Below, one piece after another: positions 12,901 to 25,816 of a stretch of 64,000 nucleotides of DNA. The DNA comes from Octopus bimaculoides (taxonomy: Eukaryota). A model generated the notes under the pieces. The model did not search any database, was not told the DNA's origin, and saw only the letters and a list, made by a program, of their open reading frames with translations. How positions within the stretch are numbered: position 1 is the stretch's first letter; each line of letters opens with the position of its first letter. Position numbers and translations under genes: made by a program. The stretch is taken from positions 14,315,000 to 14,378,999 of the forward strand of contig NC_068982.1 of NCBI RefSeq assembly GCF_001194135.2. The letters are read 5' to 3'.

Positions 12901-13303
12901 CTCTCTTTTATTTGTTTCAATCATTTGACTGTGGCCATGCTGGAGCACCGCCTTTAGTTGAGTAAATCGAACCCAGGACTTATTCTTTGTAAGCCTAGTA
13001 CTTATTCTATCGGTCTCTTTTGCCGAACTGCTAAGTTACGGGTATGTAAACACACCAGCATCGGTTGTCAAGCGATGTTGGGGGAACAAACACAGACACA
13101 CAAACATATACACACACATACATATATATATATACATATATATACGACAGGCTTCTTTCAGTCCCCATCTACCAAATCCACTCAGAATGCTTTGGTCAGC
13201 CCAAGGCTATAGTAGAAGACACTTGCCCAAGGTGCCATGCAGTGAGAATGAACCTGGAACCATGTGGTTTGTAAGCAAGCTACTTACCACACAGTCACTC
13301 CTG
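12901..13303 (-). mobile_element. SINE family A, full length
   Basis: Head, internal microsatellite and 3' module all present. Confidence 0.85.
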
Positions 13304-13309
13304 TCTATA

Positions 13310-13968
13310 CACTGAAATGAATGACCAAATGAAAAGATATAACCATCCTCATTGCAAAAGCTTGAAAGAAATGAAGCTAGCATGCTCTGCAGGATGGTTA
13401 GTCTCAGTGTGCCTGCACGACAGAGTGTAAATGATTTAAGAAGAAAACTGGGTATTAAGAGGCATCAGATGTTGTATGTAAGAGATGACTGCACTGGTTT
13501 GGTCATGTGATGAGTATGGATGAGGACAGTTGCATAAAGACGTGTCAGGCTCTAATTGTGGAGAGAACCTGCGGAAGGGATAGACCCAGGAAGACATGGG
13601 ACGAAGTGGTGAGGAAGGATCTTCAGACGCTGGACCTCACTGAGGATATGACAAGGGACCAAGAAATGTGGCAATTTGCTGTATTTGATAAGACATGTCA
13701 AGCTGAGTAAAATCACTGTCATCCATACATCCAGGCTTGTTCTTGTTCTTGTGATAAACACCCAGGACACTTTCTTAAGTGGTTGGCATTAGGAAAGGCA
13801 TCTAGCCATAGAAACCATGCCACAACAGACAGCTGCAGTCTGGACAGCTCTCTACTAGCCAGCTTCATGTCAAACTGTCCAACCCATGCCAGCATGGAAA
13901 GTGGACATTATACAATGATGATGATGATGAGGAGGAGGAGGAGGAGGAGGAGGAGGAGGTAGGAGGAA

Positions 13969-13998
<30 letters not shown>
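13310..13998 (+). mobile_element. RTE-clade LINE 3' end (ORF remnant, 3' UTR, (GAT)n/(GAG)n tail)
   Basis: MDEDSCIKTCQALIVERTCGRDRPRKTWDEVVRKDLQTLDLTEDM followed by the family C sequence and tail. Confidence 0.85.
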
Positions 13999-13999
<1 letters not shown>

Positions 14000-15039
14000 G
14001 CCGAGGCCTCCCTTCTTCAGACACAACCACCACTTCTCTCCACATACTACAATCTAGTAAGGTAGCCATACATTCTGCCAGGCCCCCTCTTATTCACCTC
14101 TTTTTTTTTTTTTTCTATGTCACTCATGAACTCGTTTTTCTGTCCACCAAGCCTCCAAGAATGCAGACACAGAGGTTCTGAAAACGGCGTTAAAATACCA
14201 CACCTTTGTCTGACCGTCATCACCAACTTTCGTCCTACTCCCATCTTCACCTGAACTAAATCTTTCATTCTATGGCTCCCCTATCTGATCTTCAGTACTT
14301 AGCTGAGCTATTCTACTTCAAGTTCTATTTCTCCATACGTTTCATATCATATCTAATCTTGCTAATGTCATATGATAAATATCAAATAATTCCATATGAT
14401 AAACATCAATTACACTGATGAAATATCTAACAATATTGATAAATGTCTTAGATATCATGGAAGTTAATAACTATAGTGTTTCTTTTAATTTTTTTGTCTT
14501 ATAAAGAGGGATATTTTATATTATAAAATTATTATTGATTTATCTTAAAGACTCATACAAGAAAATATGTTACTGCATTACTTTTATCATACACATGTGA
14601 TCTTTCTTTTAAACAAATATAATATTGCTATTATAAGTAAATAATTTATGCATGGAATATTGCCTTGCAAACGTTAATGCTGAGAGTCTAATATGAATGA
14701 AAAGAGAATATATTATATCATTAAAATATTAAACGAAAACTAACACGCCAATGATGAAACCAAATAGATTCTTGAAAAACAATTTTATTTGTTAAGAGAG
14801 TCAGTGGAGAAAATAAATGAAGACAATCTATTTATTTATTCATTGGTCTTCTTTCATTATATATAAATTTATATATTTCATTGTTGCTGCCAGAATATAT
14901 TAAAAATAGTGTTTCTCAGTGAATAAGTAGAATGAGGAAAGTATTTAATGTTTCTATATCAACAATTATAGCAGTGGAGTAGCAGAATCGGCAATGCAAC
15001 AGACACAGTATCTTGTGGTATTTAGTTGCCGGTTTTATT

Positions 15040-15600
15040 ATAAGTTAGTGACAGCTTAGCGGTTAGCATATTCAGCTTAGAATTCTAAGGTCTTGAGTTC
15101 AATATCTGGCAGTACATTGTATCTTTGAGCTGCAAGACACTCCCTTTCACATTTCTTCAGTCTACTCAGCTGGCATAAGTGAGTAGTACCTGTATTTCAA
15201 AGGGCCAACCATCCTTGGCATGCTGAATCTCCCTGAGAACTATGTTAACTTAACAGTACACTTGCCTATGAAGAGCTCAGCCACCTGCACATTAATTTCT
15301 TATTCCTTTATTGCCCACAAGAGGCTAACCATAGAGGAGACAAACAAGGACAGACAAAGGGATTGAGTCGATTACATCGGCCCCAGTGAATAACTGGTAC
15401 TTAATTTATCAACCCCGAAAGGATGAAAGGCAAAGTCGACTTCGGCAGAATTTAAACTCAGAACATAATGGCAGACGAAAGAAATACTGCTAAGCATTTC
15501 GCCCGGGTGGGGGTAACGTTTCTGTTAGCTCGCCACCCTGCACATTAGTTTCTGTTGATCAGATCATCTGGAACCCTCATAATTATAACCGACAGAGTGC
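15040..15600 (+). mobile_element. CORE-like tRNA SINE (family D) interrupted by a family B SINE
   Basis: tRNA-like head, tctttgagctgcaagacact...cagtctactcagctggc core; body resumes after 15537. Confidence 0.6.
15300..15536 (-). mobile_element. SINE family B, tail type 1, with 16-bp TSD
   Basis: Flanked by cctgcacattaatttc (15284-15299) and cctgcacattagtttc (15537-15552). Confidence 0.9.
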
Positions 15601-15861
15601 AAGTTTTTCTGTTCTAAGTTCAAATTCTGACAAGGGTATCATTGCTTTCCTCTTTCCAGGGTCAAAGAAATAAATACTTGTCATGTACTGGTGTCAATAT
15701 AACCAACAGTACCCTATTCCCCAAAATGTATGGTACCACATCTAAATTACATTCGTTACTAATTCAAGACTTGATTGTTTGCCATACTACTGAGAACCAA
15801 AGCTAGATTTGTCATCTATGGTGTATTCTTTGTTGGGTCAAATAGATGGATAATGTGTATG

Positions 15862-15910
<49 letters not shown>

Positions 15911-15959
15911 AGTGTGTGGGTGTGGGTGTGGAGTGTGTGGGTGTGGAGTGTGTGTTATT

Positions 15960-16120
15960 CTCCATCACATTCTGTGTCATGCTGAATCATCCTGAGAACT
16001 ATGTCAGCAATCCCCTTGTCTATGAAGTACTCAGCCACTTGCATGTTAACTTCACAAGCAGGCTCTTCTGTTGATCAGATCAACTGGAACCCTCATGATC
16101 ACAACTGATGAAGTGCCAGT
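15960..16120 (+). mobile_element. Family D SINE 3' half
   Basis: gctgaatcatcctgagaactatg...gatcaactggaaccctc matches the 15220-15600 body. Confidence 0.7.
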
Positions 16121-17835
16121 TATTATTATTTATTATTAACCTAGCAGTCCAGTAAAAGGAGAATGGTAAAATAAGTACCAGGCCTTAAAAAAAAAGCAGG
16201 TACTGGGTCGATTTGTTTGATTAAAACCTTTCAGTGATTGGTTTAAGTAACATATAGGTTTTCCCTGGACACTTATGAATATTTTTCCATTGATTAACCC
16301 AAGGGAAATATAATTAGAGGGGCTGAATAAATAAAAAACAAAAAAAAAATCACATAATAGAGCACTTAGGCATGTGGTGTCATATGAATCAATAAAACCA
16401 TCAAGCGATTGTTTCACTCTGTATCTTCCCATCCATTCTTGTTCATTCATCACCTACGGCAGGAATTAAGGCAATAATTAACTGAAGCCAAGAAAATGTC
16501 TATGAAGGTCATTGACCTGTACAATATAGCAGCCAAATCTCATGCAAACAGCTACTTGTTGTCAATAATGGGAACAAAACGAGAGAGAGGAATACAAATT
16601 TTAATTCGAAATATTAAGGCAACATGCCCACAATGGCAAACACAGCTACAGAATGTTTGGTTTCATATTTACACAATCAGAGTTGCCTGCAGTGATTCGA
16701 GGAACAATGATTAATTTGAAAATAAGGCGCTGGTCAATAGTGATTTGATTTAAATTTTGTAACATGTTATTTCATTACCATTATATTAAAAATGTGTATA
16801 TACATATACGCAAGTAGCTATTGGTCTCCCTGTCCGTTTGCATGTATGTATGTATGTATGTATGTATGTATGTATGTATGTACATATGTATGTATGTAGG
16901 TATACATGTATTATGTATGTATGCATGTATATATGTATATATCTATCTATATTTATATATATATAGATAAGTGTGTGTATATATATATATATATATACAC
17001 ATATATATATAAACACACACACACACACATATATATATATATGTAAGTATATATATATATATATATATATGCTTGTGTTTGTGTGTATGTATGTATGTAT
17101 ATAATATATATATATATGTATATATNNNNNNNNNNNNNNNNNNNNNNNNNNNNNNNNNNNNNNNNNNNNNNNNNNNNNNNNNNNNNNNNNNNNNNNNNNN
17201 NNNNNNNNNNNNNNNNNNNNNNNNNNNNNNNNNNNNNNNNNNNNNNNNNNNNNNNNNNNNNNNNNNNNNNNNNNNNNNNNNNNNNNNNNNNNNNNNNNNN
17301 NNNNNNNNNNNNNNNNNNNNNNNNNNNNNNNNNNNNNNNNNNNNNNNNNNNNNNNNNNNNNNNNNNNNNNNNNNNNNNNNNNNNNNNNNNNNNNNNNNNN
17401 NNNNNNNNNNNNNNNNNNNNNNNNNNNNNNNNNNNNNNNNNNNNNNNNNNNNNNNNNNNNNNNNNNNNNNNNNNNNNNNNNNNNNNNNNNNNNNNNNNNN
17501 NNNNNNNNNNNNNNNNNNNNNNNNNNNNNNNNNNNNNNNNNNNNNNNNNNNNNNNNNNNNNNNNNNNNNNNNNNNNNNNNNNNNNNNNNNNNNNNNNNNN
17601 NNNNNNNNNNNNNNNNNNNNNNNNNNNNNNNNNNNNNNNNNNNNNNNNNNNNNNNGCATATAAACATACATACAAACATACATAGATACATACAAACATT
17701 CATACAAACATAAATACATACATACAGACATACACACCTACATATTGTATGTACAAACATACATGCATACATATATACATACAAATATTCAGACATACAA
17801 ATATATATACATACAAACATACTTATATATAAACT

Positions 17836-17867
<32 letters not shown>

Positions 17868-18049
17868 TATATGCATGCATGCATACATACATACAGACAG
17901 ACAGACATATATATATGCATGCATACGTGCCTACATGCATACATACACGCATGCATACATACATGCATACATACATACATACATACATACATATACAGAA
18001 CCACCCACGTGGCAAAAAGCTACCGGCCAATTGCATGCCAAAACGTACT

Positions 18050-18990
18050 TTATAAGATATATACATCATGTTTAAACCTCTTCCTCCAAGACCATTGTGA
18101 AACCAATAACATTATCACAGCAGAACAAGCAGCTGGGAAGAAGGGAGTCTGGGGATGTACCAAGCAATTGCTAATCAACAAAACTGTGATGTCAGAGGTG
18201 TGAGAGCATAGGAGAAACCTAGTTTCAATGTGGCTTGACTACAAGAAAGCCTTTGACTCTGTTCCCCACTCATGGTTGCTAGAAGCCCTTCAATTTGCTA
18301 AAGTTTCAATGAGAATAGTCAAAGCCATGAGTTTGTAGTGCCAGTACTCATACCAATATTTGGGCTGCTTGATTGGATGCTTGATGAGATCTGAGCCATT
18401 GATCTGAAAACTCGAAAAACATACTAACAACACACATAATTTCCACATAAACAATGATGTAGACCACCTCTACCTAAAATGTAAACAAGGCGGCAGAGGC
18501 TTAACATCGATCCAAAATGCCTTTGAATGTTGCATCATACCCCTTCGGCAACATCTTTTAACCACCAGGTGTCAAAGTGCATCTCTTGACCAAGTTTGCA
18601 TACATGAGGCTGATAACATCATAAGACTTGGAAGGCAGTTCCTTGAGCAACACTCTTTGTCTGATAACCTAGAATACATGCCCAAAGAAGTCGCACGACT
18701 CTACAGCAACACATCATCAGATGAAAGGATGAGCCGATATGAGCAGAAGATTATGCATGGATATGTTAGTAGAAAGCTCTGTGATGATAGTATATATATA
18801 TATACATACACAGACACAAACATGCACACACGCACACACACACATGCACACACACACACACACACGTACATATGTATATAAATTAGTGATGACAGATGAA
18901 GGACAGTGCCAAACGGCAAAATTAGGGACCAAATAAGCACTAGGTCTTTGGAAAACACATCCGATACACATCAGCCAGCAGAAAGGAGCA
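18050..18990 (+). mobile_element. R4/Dong-type non-LTR retrotransposon RT remnant, internally deleted
   Basis: EQAAGKKGVWGCTKQLLINK, WLDYKKAFDSVPHSWLLEAL, DHLYLKCKQGGRGL, KIMHGY; microsatellite inserted at about 18790-18880. Confidence 0.8.
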
Positions 18991-19039
18991 TAAAATGACA
19001 ATGATTATGATATGTGTCCCTTTATGTATATGTGGCTAG

Positions 19040-19320
19040 ACATCATCGTTATCATCATCATCGTCATCATCATCATCGTCATCATCATCATCGTTATCAT
19101 CATCATCGTCATCATCACCGTTTAATGATTTGACAGAAGCTGGTCAGCTGGAGAGTTGTTCAGACTCCAATTGTTTCTTGTGGCATGGTTTCTATGGCTG
19201 GATGCCCTTCCTAATGCCAACCACTCTACAGAGTGTGCTGGGCGTTTTTTATGTGCCACCAGCATGGTGCCACTCAGCACTGGCATGGGTGCATTTTATG
19301 TGGCACCAGCATGTAAAATG
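19040..19320 (-). mobile_element. RTE 3'-UTR-derived repeat (family C) with long (GAT/GAC)n tail
   Basis: Family C motif. Confidence 0.75.
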
Positions 19321-19454
19321 TCCTTTGGACATAAACAGCACAAAAACCAGAAAGATTTTCTAGGAAGAATGTTAATGAATAATGCTACTTGTGTAATGGT
19401 GATGTTTGTTTAGCACTCTTTATCAAGACAAGAGAACATGAACACATACACATA

Positions 19455-20745
19455 CAGGGATTGGACAAAATAATGGAAACACCCAGCATCATAGCATCAT
19501 AATTTTGAAATATCTATAAAACCATCAAAATTTTGTTTATTTTTATTATGTTTTCTTATTTATTATTAGTGTTGCTTTAAATGTTTTGTTTAGATTGCTG
19601 TTTCTTTTCAGATATCATCAGAAAAAGGTAATTAAAATTCATTAAAATGACAGATCTATCAGACTTTCAAAGAGGTTAAATTGCTGGTGCTCAAATAGTA
19701 GGCGCTAGCGTAACGAAAACAGCCAAAATGTTTGGTATATCAAGAAGTACTGTCTCGAAAGTAATGACAGCCTTTGAGAAAGACGGAAAAACTTCCTCTT
19801 TGAAATAAAACTCCGGAAGTAAACCAAAACCTTCAGATAGGGACCGTTGGACTCTTACGCGAATTGTTAGAAAGGATCACAAAAGTACAACTCCCAAAAT
19901 TACTGCAGACCACCCCGAGAACCCAGTTTCCATAAAAACCATTTACTGAGAGCTGCACAAAGCTGGATTTCATGGGAGGGCTGCAATCAGAAAGCCACTA
20001 CTTACAAAAGCAAGCGTTTAGGGTGGAGTAAAAACCTACAGTGGAAGAATGTTATTTTCTCAAACAAGTCATCCTTTACCTTATTTTTGACCACCGTCTG
20101 AGTATATCTGTGGAGACAGCCAAAAGAAACATTTGACCCAAACTGCCTTCTTCCATCTGTTAAACATGGAGAAGGATCTGTGATGATCTGGTGGGGAGGG
20201 CTATATCTTGGAAATCCGCTGGCCTAATGGTTTCCCTTCATGGCAGAATTAATAGTCAAGACTATTTAAGCATTTTATCTGATCAAATTTATCCTATGGT
20301 TGCAGAACTGTTTCTGGAGGGAAACGCAATCTTTCAGGATGATAATGCACCAATTCACTCAGCTAAAGTTGTTACTGAATGGCACGAAGAACATTCTAGT
20401 GAAGTTGAACATCTTATCTGGCCACCACGGTCCACAGATCTCAATATTATTGAACATTTATGGTGCATTTTAGAAAAAAATGTAAGGAGTCGATATCCTC
20501 CACCATCATCACTACAAGAACTCGAGACTGTTTTAGCTGATGAATGGACAAAAATTCCTTTGGAAACAATTCAAACTTTGTACGAGTCCATACCTCATAG
20601 AATTCAAGCTGTAATTACTGCCACAGNNNNNNNNNNATACCTCATAGAATTCAAGCTGTAATTACTGCCACAGGCAGTCCTACCCCATATTAAAATAAAT
20701 TTGTTTGAAATTTTAAGGTGTTTCCATTATTTTGTCCGACTACTG
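19455..20745 (+). mobile_element. Near-full-length Tc1-like transposon with DD36E spacing (Incomer-like), inactive
   Basis: 29-bp TIRs cagggattggacaaaataatggaaacacc / ggtgtttccattattttgtccgactactg, TA TSD; transposase 19647-20693 (MTDLSDFQRG...FQDDNAPIH...WPPRSTDLNIIEHLW) with stops and deletions. Confidence 0.92.
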
Positions 20746-21210
20746 TATATATATATGCTAAAGGCTTCTTTCAATTTCCATCTGCCAGATCCACACACAA
20801 GATATCAGCTAGCTCAAAGCTATAGTAGAAGATACTTGTTCAAAATTCCATGCAGTGGAACGAAACCTAAAATTATTACAGATAGAATACATTCTCTGAG
20901 GTATTTTGGAGTTTTATCACATTCAAGGAACATTATTGAAATATTTCATAGAATAATGGAAAACAAAAAAACCTAAATGTCAGCAGAAGTTTCTGATGTT
21001 GCTCTCTTGTTTCATGTAAAGATGACAAGTGATGAATTTATTCCCTGGATCAGATGCCAATTTAACGCTAATATAATTCCCCAAAGGTCCTTTAAATGAA
21101 CTGAGGCATTAAGAATTAAATGTTCTTTGAGGAGATACAGTATCAGCTGTGAACATTTGAATTGTTTAACTCTTTGATGGCTGAATCAGAAGTGGAAGAG
21201 CAGTACTCAC

Positions 21211-21234
21211 AGCTTTTCCAGGTTCCCCTTGAGA
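21211..21234 (-). CDS. Candidate 24-nt micro-exon (SQGEPGKA)
   Basis: Acceptor tttcttcatccttccactctcag|, donor |gtgagtac; 110-nt intron from the 21345-21407 exon; phase 0/0. Confidence 0.6.
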
Positions 21235-21344
21235 CTGAGAGTGGAAGGATGAAGAAACCACATCTCATCGTTTATTGCCATAGCAAAGCAGCTCATCAAA
21301 ATACTGAGTTATATTCTGACAACAGACATGGTTCAAATTCTTAC

Positions 21345-21407
21345 CACTGAGTGAATTTGGCTAAAGCCAGCCAAGGTCCAAGCCAGAGATTGGAATAATT
21401 CTACAGC
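21345..21407 (-). CDS. Candidate 63-nt exon (AVELFQSLAWTLAGFSQIHSV)
   Basis: Acceptor cttacctttcttaaactag|, donor gtg|gtaaga; only phase 0 open. Confidence 0.65.
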
Positions 21408-22233
21408 CTAGTTTAAGAAAGGTAAGTTTATATTCTAATGCTTTATCCATTTAACCATTTCTTCTTAATGACACATATGGCAATACCTGTATTTAATTAA
21501 TTTGAATACAATGAATTCTTATAGTTCTAAGAGAAAGGCATATATTGTAGAATTGTGTAAATAATGGCAAATTGCTTTCCAACTTGTTAACCACAAAATG
21601 AAATGTTCAGTTTTTCTATTTTGCATATTCTAATGTGGAACTCATAAAAATGATTAAAATTAATTATAAAATTCCCCAAAAGGTAATAAATGGAGTCAAT
21701 GAAATATTTTGATAAATTATATAATATTTGCATTTGTCTTCATCTTCTTTTTTTTTAGTTTTATATTTTTGCAATAAACTAAAAAGGAATTTTGGATATT
21801 ACAAATTCAAAATGAAAATCAGTGTTTCAAATACATCAGTAGAAAATATTTACTTATTTTGTTAATATATTTATACTAATAGTAATTTTTATTTTTACAT
21901 AAATTGCCAATGCAAACACAAAATAGAAGCTTCCTCGGTCTTAATTAAACTAATTAAAACTTTTATGAAAAATAGATGTGCAGAGAATATAGTTGCAAGT
22001 GCACATGCACACACACACACACACACACACACGTGCACACACACACACACGTGCACACACACACACAAACACATGAATGCATGCACAAAAAATTACATAA
22101 ACATAGAGACACTTGTGCACACATTATTTTATTAATTTTTTAATCATCAATGATATTTTTATTTCAAATAGAAAATTAATGTTTCAGAAATTATTAGATT
22201 AATGTTTTGGATTTTTCTTTCTTTTTCTTTTTC

Positions 22234-22264
<31 letters not shown>

Positions 22265-22369
22265 TTTTTTCCAAGCATATCATTAAATAAGTGGAAAAAA
22301 ATTAGAATGATTGACATTACATTGCTATAATTTTGTAGGTTAGGGGACGAATTCAACTGAATAAACTAT

Positions 22370-22710
22370 TAGTGTAATATTTAAAAATGAACTTATTGTA
22401 TACAGTGCTTGGGTGCACTCCAACTTATCGGAGAAAGTAGCCAAAAGTGCATGAACGGTACATAGAATAATGCACAGAAAGTGAACAGTGAATAAATCAT
22501 TAAAAAAAAAGGGCAGAGGAACATGAGGTGTACAGTTGATGAATTTCAGGAAGCATGGAAGTTTTGAAGGATGTTTTGTCTTGGCAGCTAACAACTGATG
22601 TGGGTAGTTTATCCCATGCTACAGCAATTCTGAGCATGAAAAACCATTGCCAAAAGTCATGCAAGTGTTGTTCTTTGAATTTGTAAGCATGTATACAATT
22701 GTTAGACATA
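22370..22710 (-). mobile_element. CR1/L2-group LINE 3' end
   Basis: FFMLRIAVAWDKLPTSVVSCQDKTSFKTSML resembles the RT C-terminal WNxLP..FK motif, then 3' UTR. Confidence 0.7.
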
Positions 22711-22939
22711 TTGGATTCAAAAAGGCATCCAAGGTAATTGTTGGAAAGATGGTAGTATGTATTTTATCATCCCTTCAGGGTGGAATGCAAAGTTAGCTAA
22801 TGGTGAGATTTGAACTTTGAATATAGAAAAAAAGTGCTAAATATTGTGTGTCTTCAACTGGTTTAAAAAATAAATTTGTCAATCTACTTCATTTTGGTTA
22901 ATATAGAAAGGATTGAGGTAACTCCTCCTGAAGATATAG

Positions 22940-23135
22940 AGCTGGCAGAATTGTAAGCACACCGAACGAAATGCTTAGCAGTATGTCGTCTGTCACAATG
23001 TTCTGAGTTCAAATTCCACCATAGCCAACTTTTATCCTTTCAGGGTCGATAAAATTAAGTACCAGTGAAACACTGATGTCGATGTAATTGACTAGTCCAG
23101 TCCCCACAAATTTTGAGACCTTGTAGATGGAAAAT
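22940..23135 (+). mobile_element. SINE family B, tail type 2
   Basis: gagctggcagaattg...gttctgagttcaaattcc...cagggtcgataaaattaagtaccag...ccccacaaattttgagaccttg. Confidence 0.75.
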
Positions 23136-23149
23136 AAAATAAGCTCATC

Positions 23150-23180
<31 letters not shown>

Positions 23181-23183
<3 letters not shown>

Positions 23184-23606
23184 TGTAAGGAGTGGCAAGT
23201 AGCTTGCTTACCAACCACATGGTTCTGGGTTCAGGCCCACTGCGTGGCACCTTGGGCAAGTGTCTTCTACTATAGTCTCAGGCTGACCAAAGCCTTGTGA
23301 GTGGATTTGGTAGACAGAAACCGAAAGAAGCCCGTCGTATATATTTATATATATATAAATATGTATGTGCGTGTATATGTTTGTGTGTCTGTGTTTGTCC
23401 CCCAACATCGCTTGGTGTGTTTACATCCCTGTAACTTATCGATTTGGCAAAAAAGTCCAATAGAATAAGTATTAGGCTTACAAAATATAAGTCCGGGGTC
23501 GATTTGTTCAACTAAAGGCAGTGGTCCAGCATGGCCACAGTCAAATGACTGAATCAAGTAAAAGAATAAAAGAATAAAAGAATAAAAGAATAAAAGAATA
23601 AAAGAA
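23181..23606 (+). mobile_element. SINE family A, full length with (aaaagaat)n tail
   Basis: Head, microsatellite, 3' module, octamer tail. Confidence 0.85.
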
Positions 23607-23764
23607 TATGTGTGTGCATGTGTTTGTTTGTTCTCCACCACCACCACCACTCGACAACTAGTGGTGGTATGTTTACATCCCCATAACTTAGCAGTTCAGT
23701 AAAAGATATCAATAGAATAAGGCTTTAACCAGGCTTTAAAAAAAATTAGTACTGTCGTCGATTT

Positions 23765-23945
23765 CACCATCATCATGTAACATCTGCTTTCCATGCTGGT
23801 ATGAGTTGGACAGCTTGACAGGAACTGGCAAGGCCAGGGGCTATACCAAGTTCCTTAGCCTGTTTTGGCTTGGTTTCTACATCTGGATGCCCTTCCTAAC
23901 ACCAACCATTTTACAGAATGCATTGGGTGCTTTTTTATGCGGCAC
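23765..23945 (-). mobile_element. Family C repeat inserted in a family A 3' module
   Basis: Family A module 23610-23760 resumes at about 23950-24020. Confidence 0.65.
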
Positions 23946-24053
23946 CATTTTACTCAACTAAAATTCTTCAATGTGGTGCTCCAGCATAGCCGCAGTCTAA
24001 TGACTGTAACAAGTCAAAGATGATAAATTAAAGAGGAAACAATGATGTATAAC

Positions 24054-24342
24054 AACAATTGCAGCGTGGAAGGTGTTTATAAGCCATTTAAGAAACACAC
24101 AAAAACCGTTAGATTCACTTCACATTTAAATTTAATTTGCCAAAATATTTTCGTCGCTTTGAGACAGCAACCTGTTCACTGACAAAATTCCGTGCTGCAT
24201 CACTGAATTTTGTCAGTGAACAGGTCGAGGTCTCAATGCGACAAAAATATTTTGGCAAATTAAATTTAAATGTTGAAGTGATTCTAACGGTTTTTGTGTG
24301 TTTCTTAAATGGCTTATAAACATCTTCCACACTGCAATTGTT
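24054..24342. repeat. Long near-perfect palindrome (about 137-bp arms, 14-nt loop)
   Basis: aacaattgcagcgtggaagg...gacaaaattc / gaattttgtc...cttccacactgcaattgtt. Confidence 0.92.
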
Positions 24343-24479
24343 TTCGTTCCAGCACACGATCTCAGATCAGGTAACTTGCTATGCAAGTACATCTCCGTAA
24401 TGGTGTATAATTTCGGCAGGAAATGGCAGGACCAGTTGTCGAGACTTAGTTAAACTTAGTTCTGAGATAAGCTCAAGGA

Positions 24480-24724
24480 ATCATAAGGCTGTTTCCAAGG
24501 CATATACATAACTGAGGTTTACAAAACTTCACACAGAATGGGGAACCATTCCATTGCAGGGACAATTCCCCAGCTTTGCTGAAACTCATCTCCATCTGAG
24601 AGGATTGGAGCAATGTGAATTGATGTGTTTTGCTGGAGAATCCAGCATACCATCCAATCTAGAAATTGAAGCCATGACTATAATTGTGAGTGCAACATAA
24701 TAACAACTATGCCATGTGCCTTCT
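24480..24724 (-). mobile_element. CORE-like tRNA SINE, diverged
   Basis: Head gaaggcacatggcatagttg..., core cagcaaaacacatcaattcacattgctccaatcctctcag. Confidence 0.5.
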
Positions 24725-25766
24725 GTTGCAGTGAGACGATCTAGAAATACCTTGTGGTATTTAGTTCTGTCTCTCTATATGCTATGTACATCCCTTTGTA
24801 TCCAGTTGACTTTGCTTTCTTTCGTTCCAAGGTTGATCAAATAGGTTGTAGACAAACTACTAGAGATCAATACAATTGACTAAAAAAAATAAATAAATGA
24901 ATAAATAAATAAAACTCACAAGTGTAAAAGCAGTAAAATAATAAATGAATAGTGAAATTTTTGGTAAACTTTCTGCCTGACTTAGCATTTTATTTTAACC
25001 TAGATTTAATTCTAGTGAGCAGCATTCAGGAAACAAGAGTAATTATATGGGAATAATAACTATTTTATGCTACTACCACAGTTAAAAGAAAAAGAAAAGA
25101 GAGAGAAAAGCACGTAGTAAATGAATAAATAAATAAATAAAATCAAAGAAACGAGGAAATAAATCAAAGTGTTTATGACCATTAATGTTATGACATCATT
25201 CAAAATTTAATATTTCATAATCAAACAGTTTTTGAGTCAGTGAAGGATGGTTTCAAAATCAGTGTCTTTTCAAAGGAAAATTAAAAGCAATTTAAATTAA
25301 TACTCTGAAATAAGTTGAAAATCTCCTGACATAAAGTATAGTTTGATTCCATTAAGTCTCAAGGAAATGCCAAAAACTGCTAACTGCTATTCATTGTTTT
25401 GCTATCAATTATCACCTTTTTAAAAAAAAAAAAAATGTAAAAAACAAAGAAGTAAAGTTTCTTCCATTTTTTTCTTTTCCTTTTCCTTATTCAGTTTTTT
25501 TCCTTCTTTTTTCAATTTTCAAAAGCTTTATTGATCGATGTGCGTTTTTTTTTTTTTTTTCTATACTGTAATCAATGCTGTAACTGCTACTGCCTGTCTT
25601 TGACTGGTGTGTGTGTTTGGGGGGAGGGGTATCTGTGTGTGTGCACATATGGAATTTTCTGGATCATTGTTATATATATTCATATATATGAGGAGGACTA
25701 CTGATATACATACATACAAATACACATGTATACATATATGTATGTACATATATATATCTATCTATC

Positions 25767-25816
<50 letters not shown>

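Noticed and set aside
14420-14485. CTGATGA followed by an 8-bp hairpin, hammerhead-like
   Set aside because: GAAA and stem I are not properly placed; too degenerate to support.
16240-16325. Very strong minus acceptor followed by PSNYISLGLINGKIF
   Set aside because: No convincing donor before it runs into a SINE fragment.
20590-20673. 37-bp direct repeat inside the Tc1 transposase
   Set aside because: Copies flank a 10-N gap; overlapping contig ends, not biology.
21407-21421. Plus-strand 15-nt micro-exon (PSLRK) with AAAG|GTAAGT donor
   Set aside because: Overlaps the better-supported minus-strand acceptor; no chain of plus-strand exons found.
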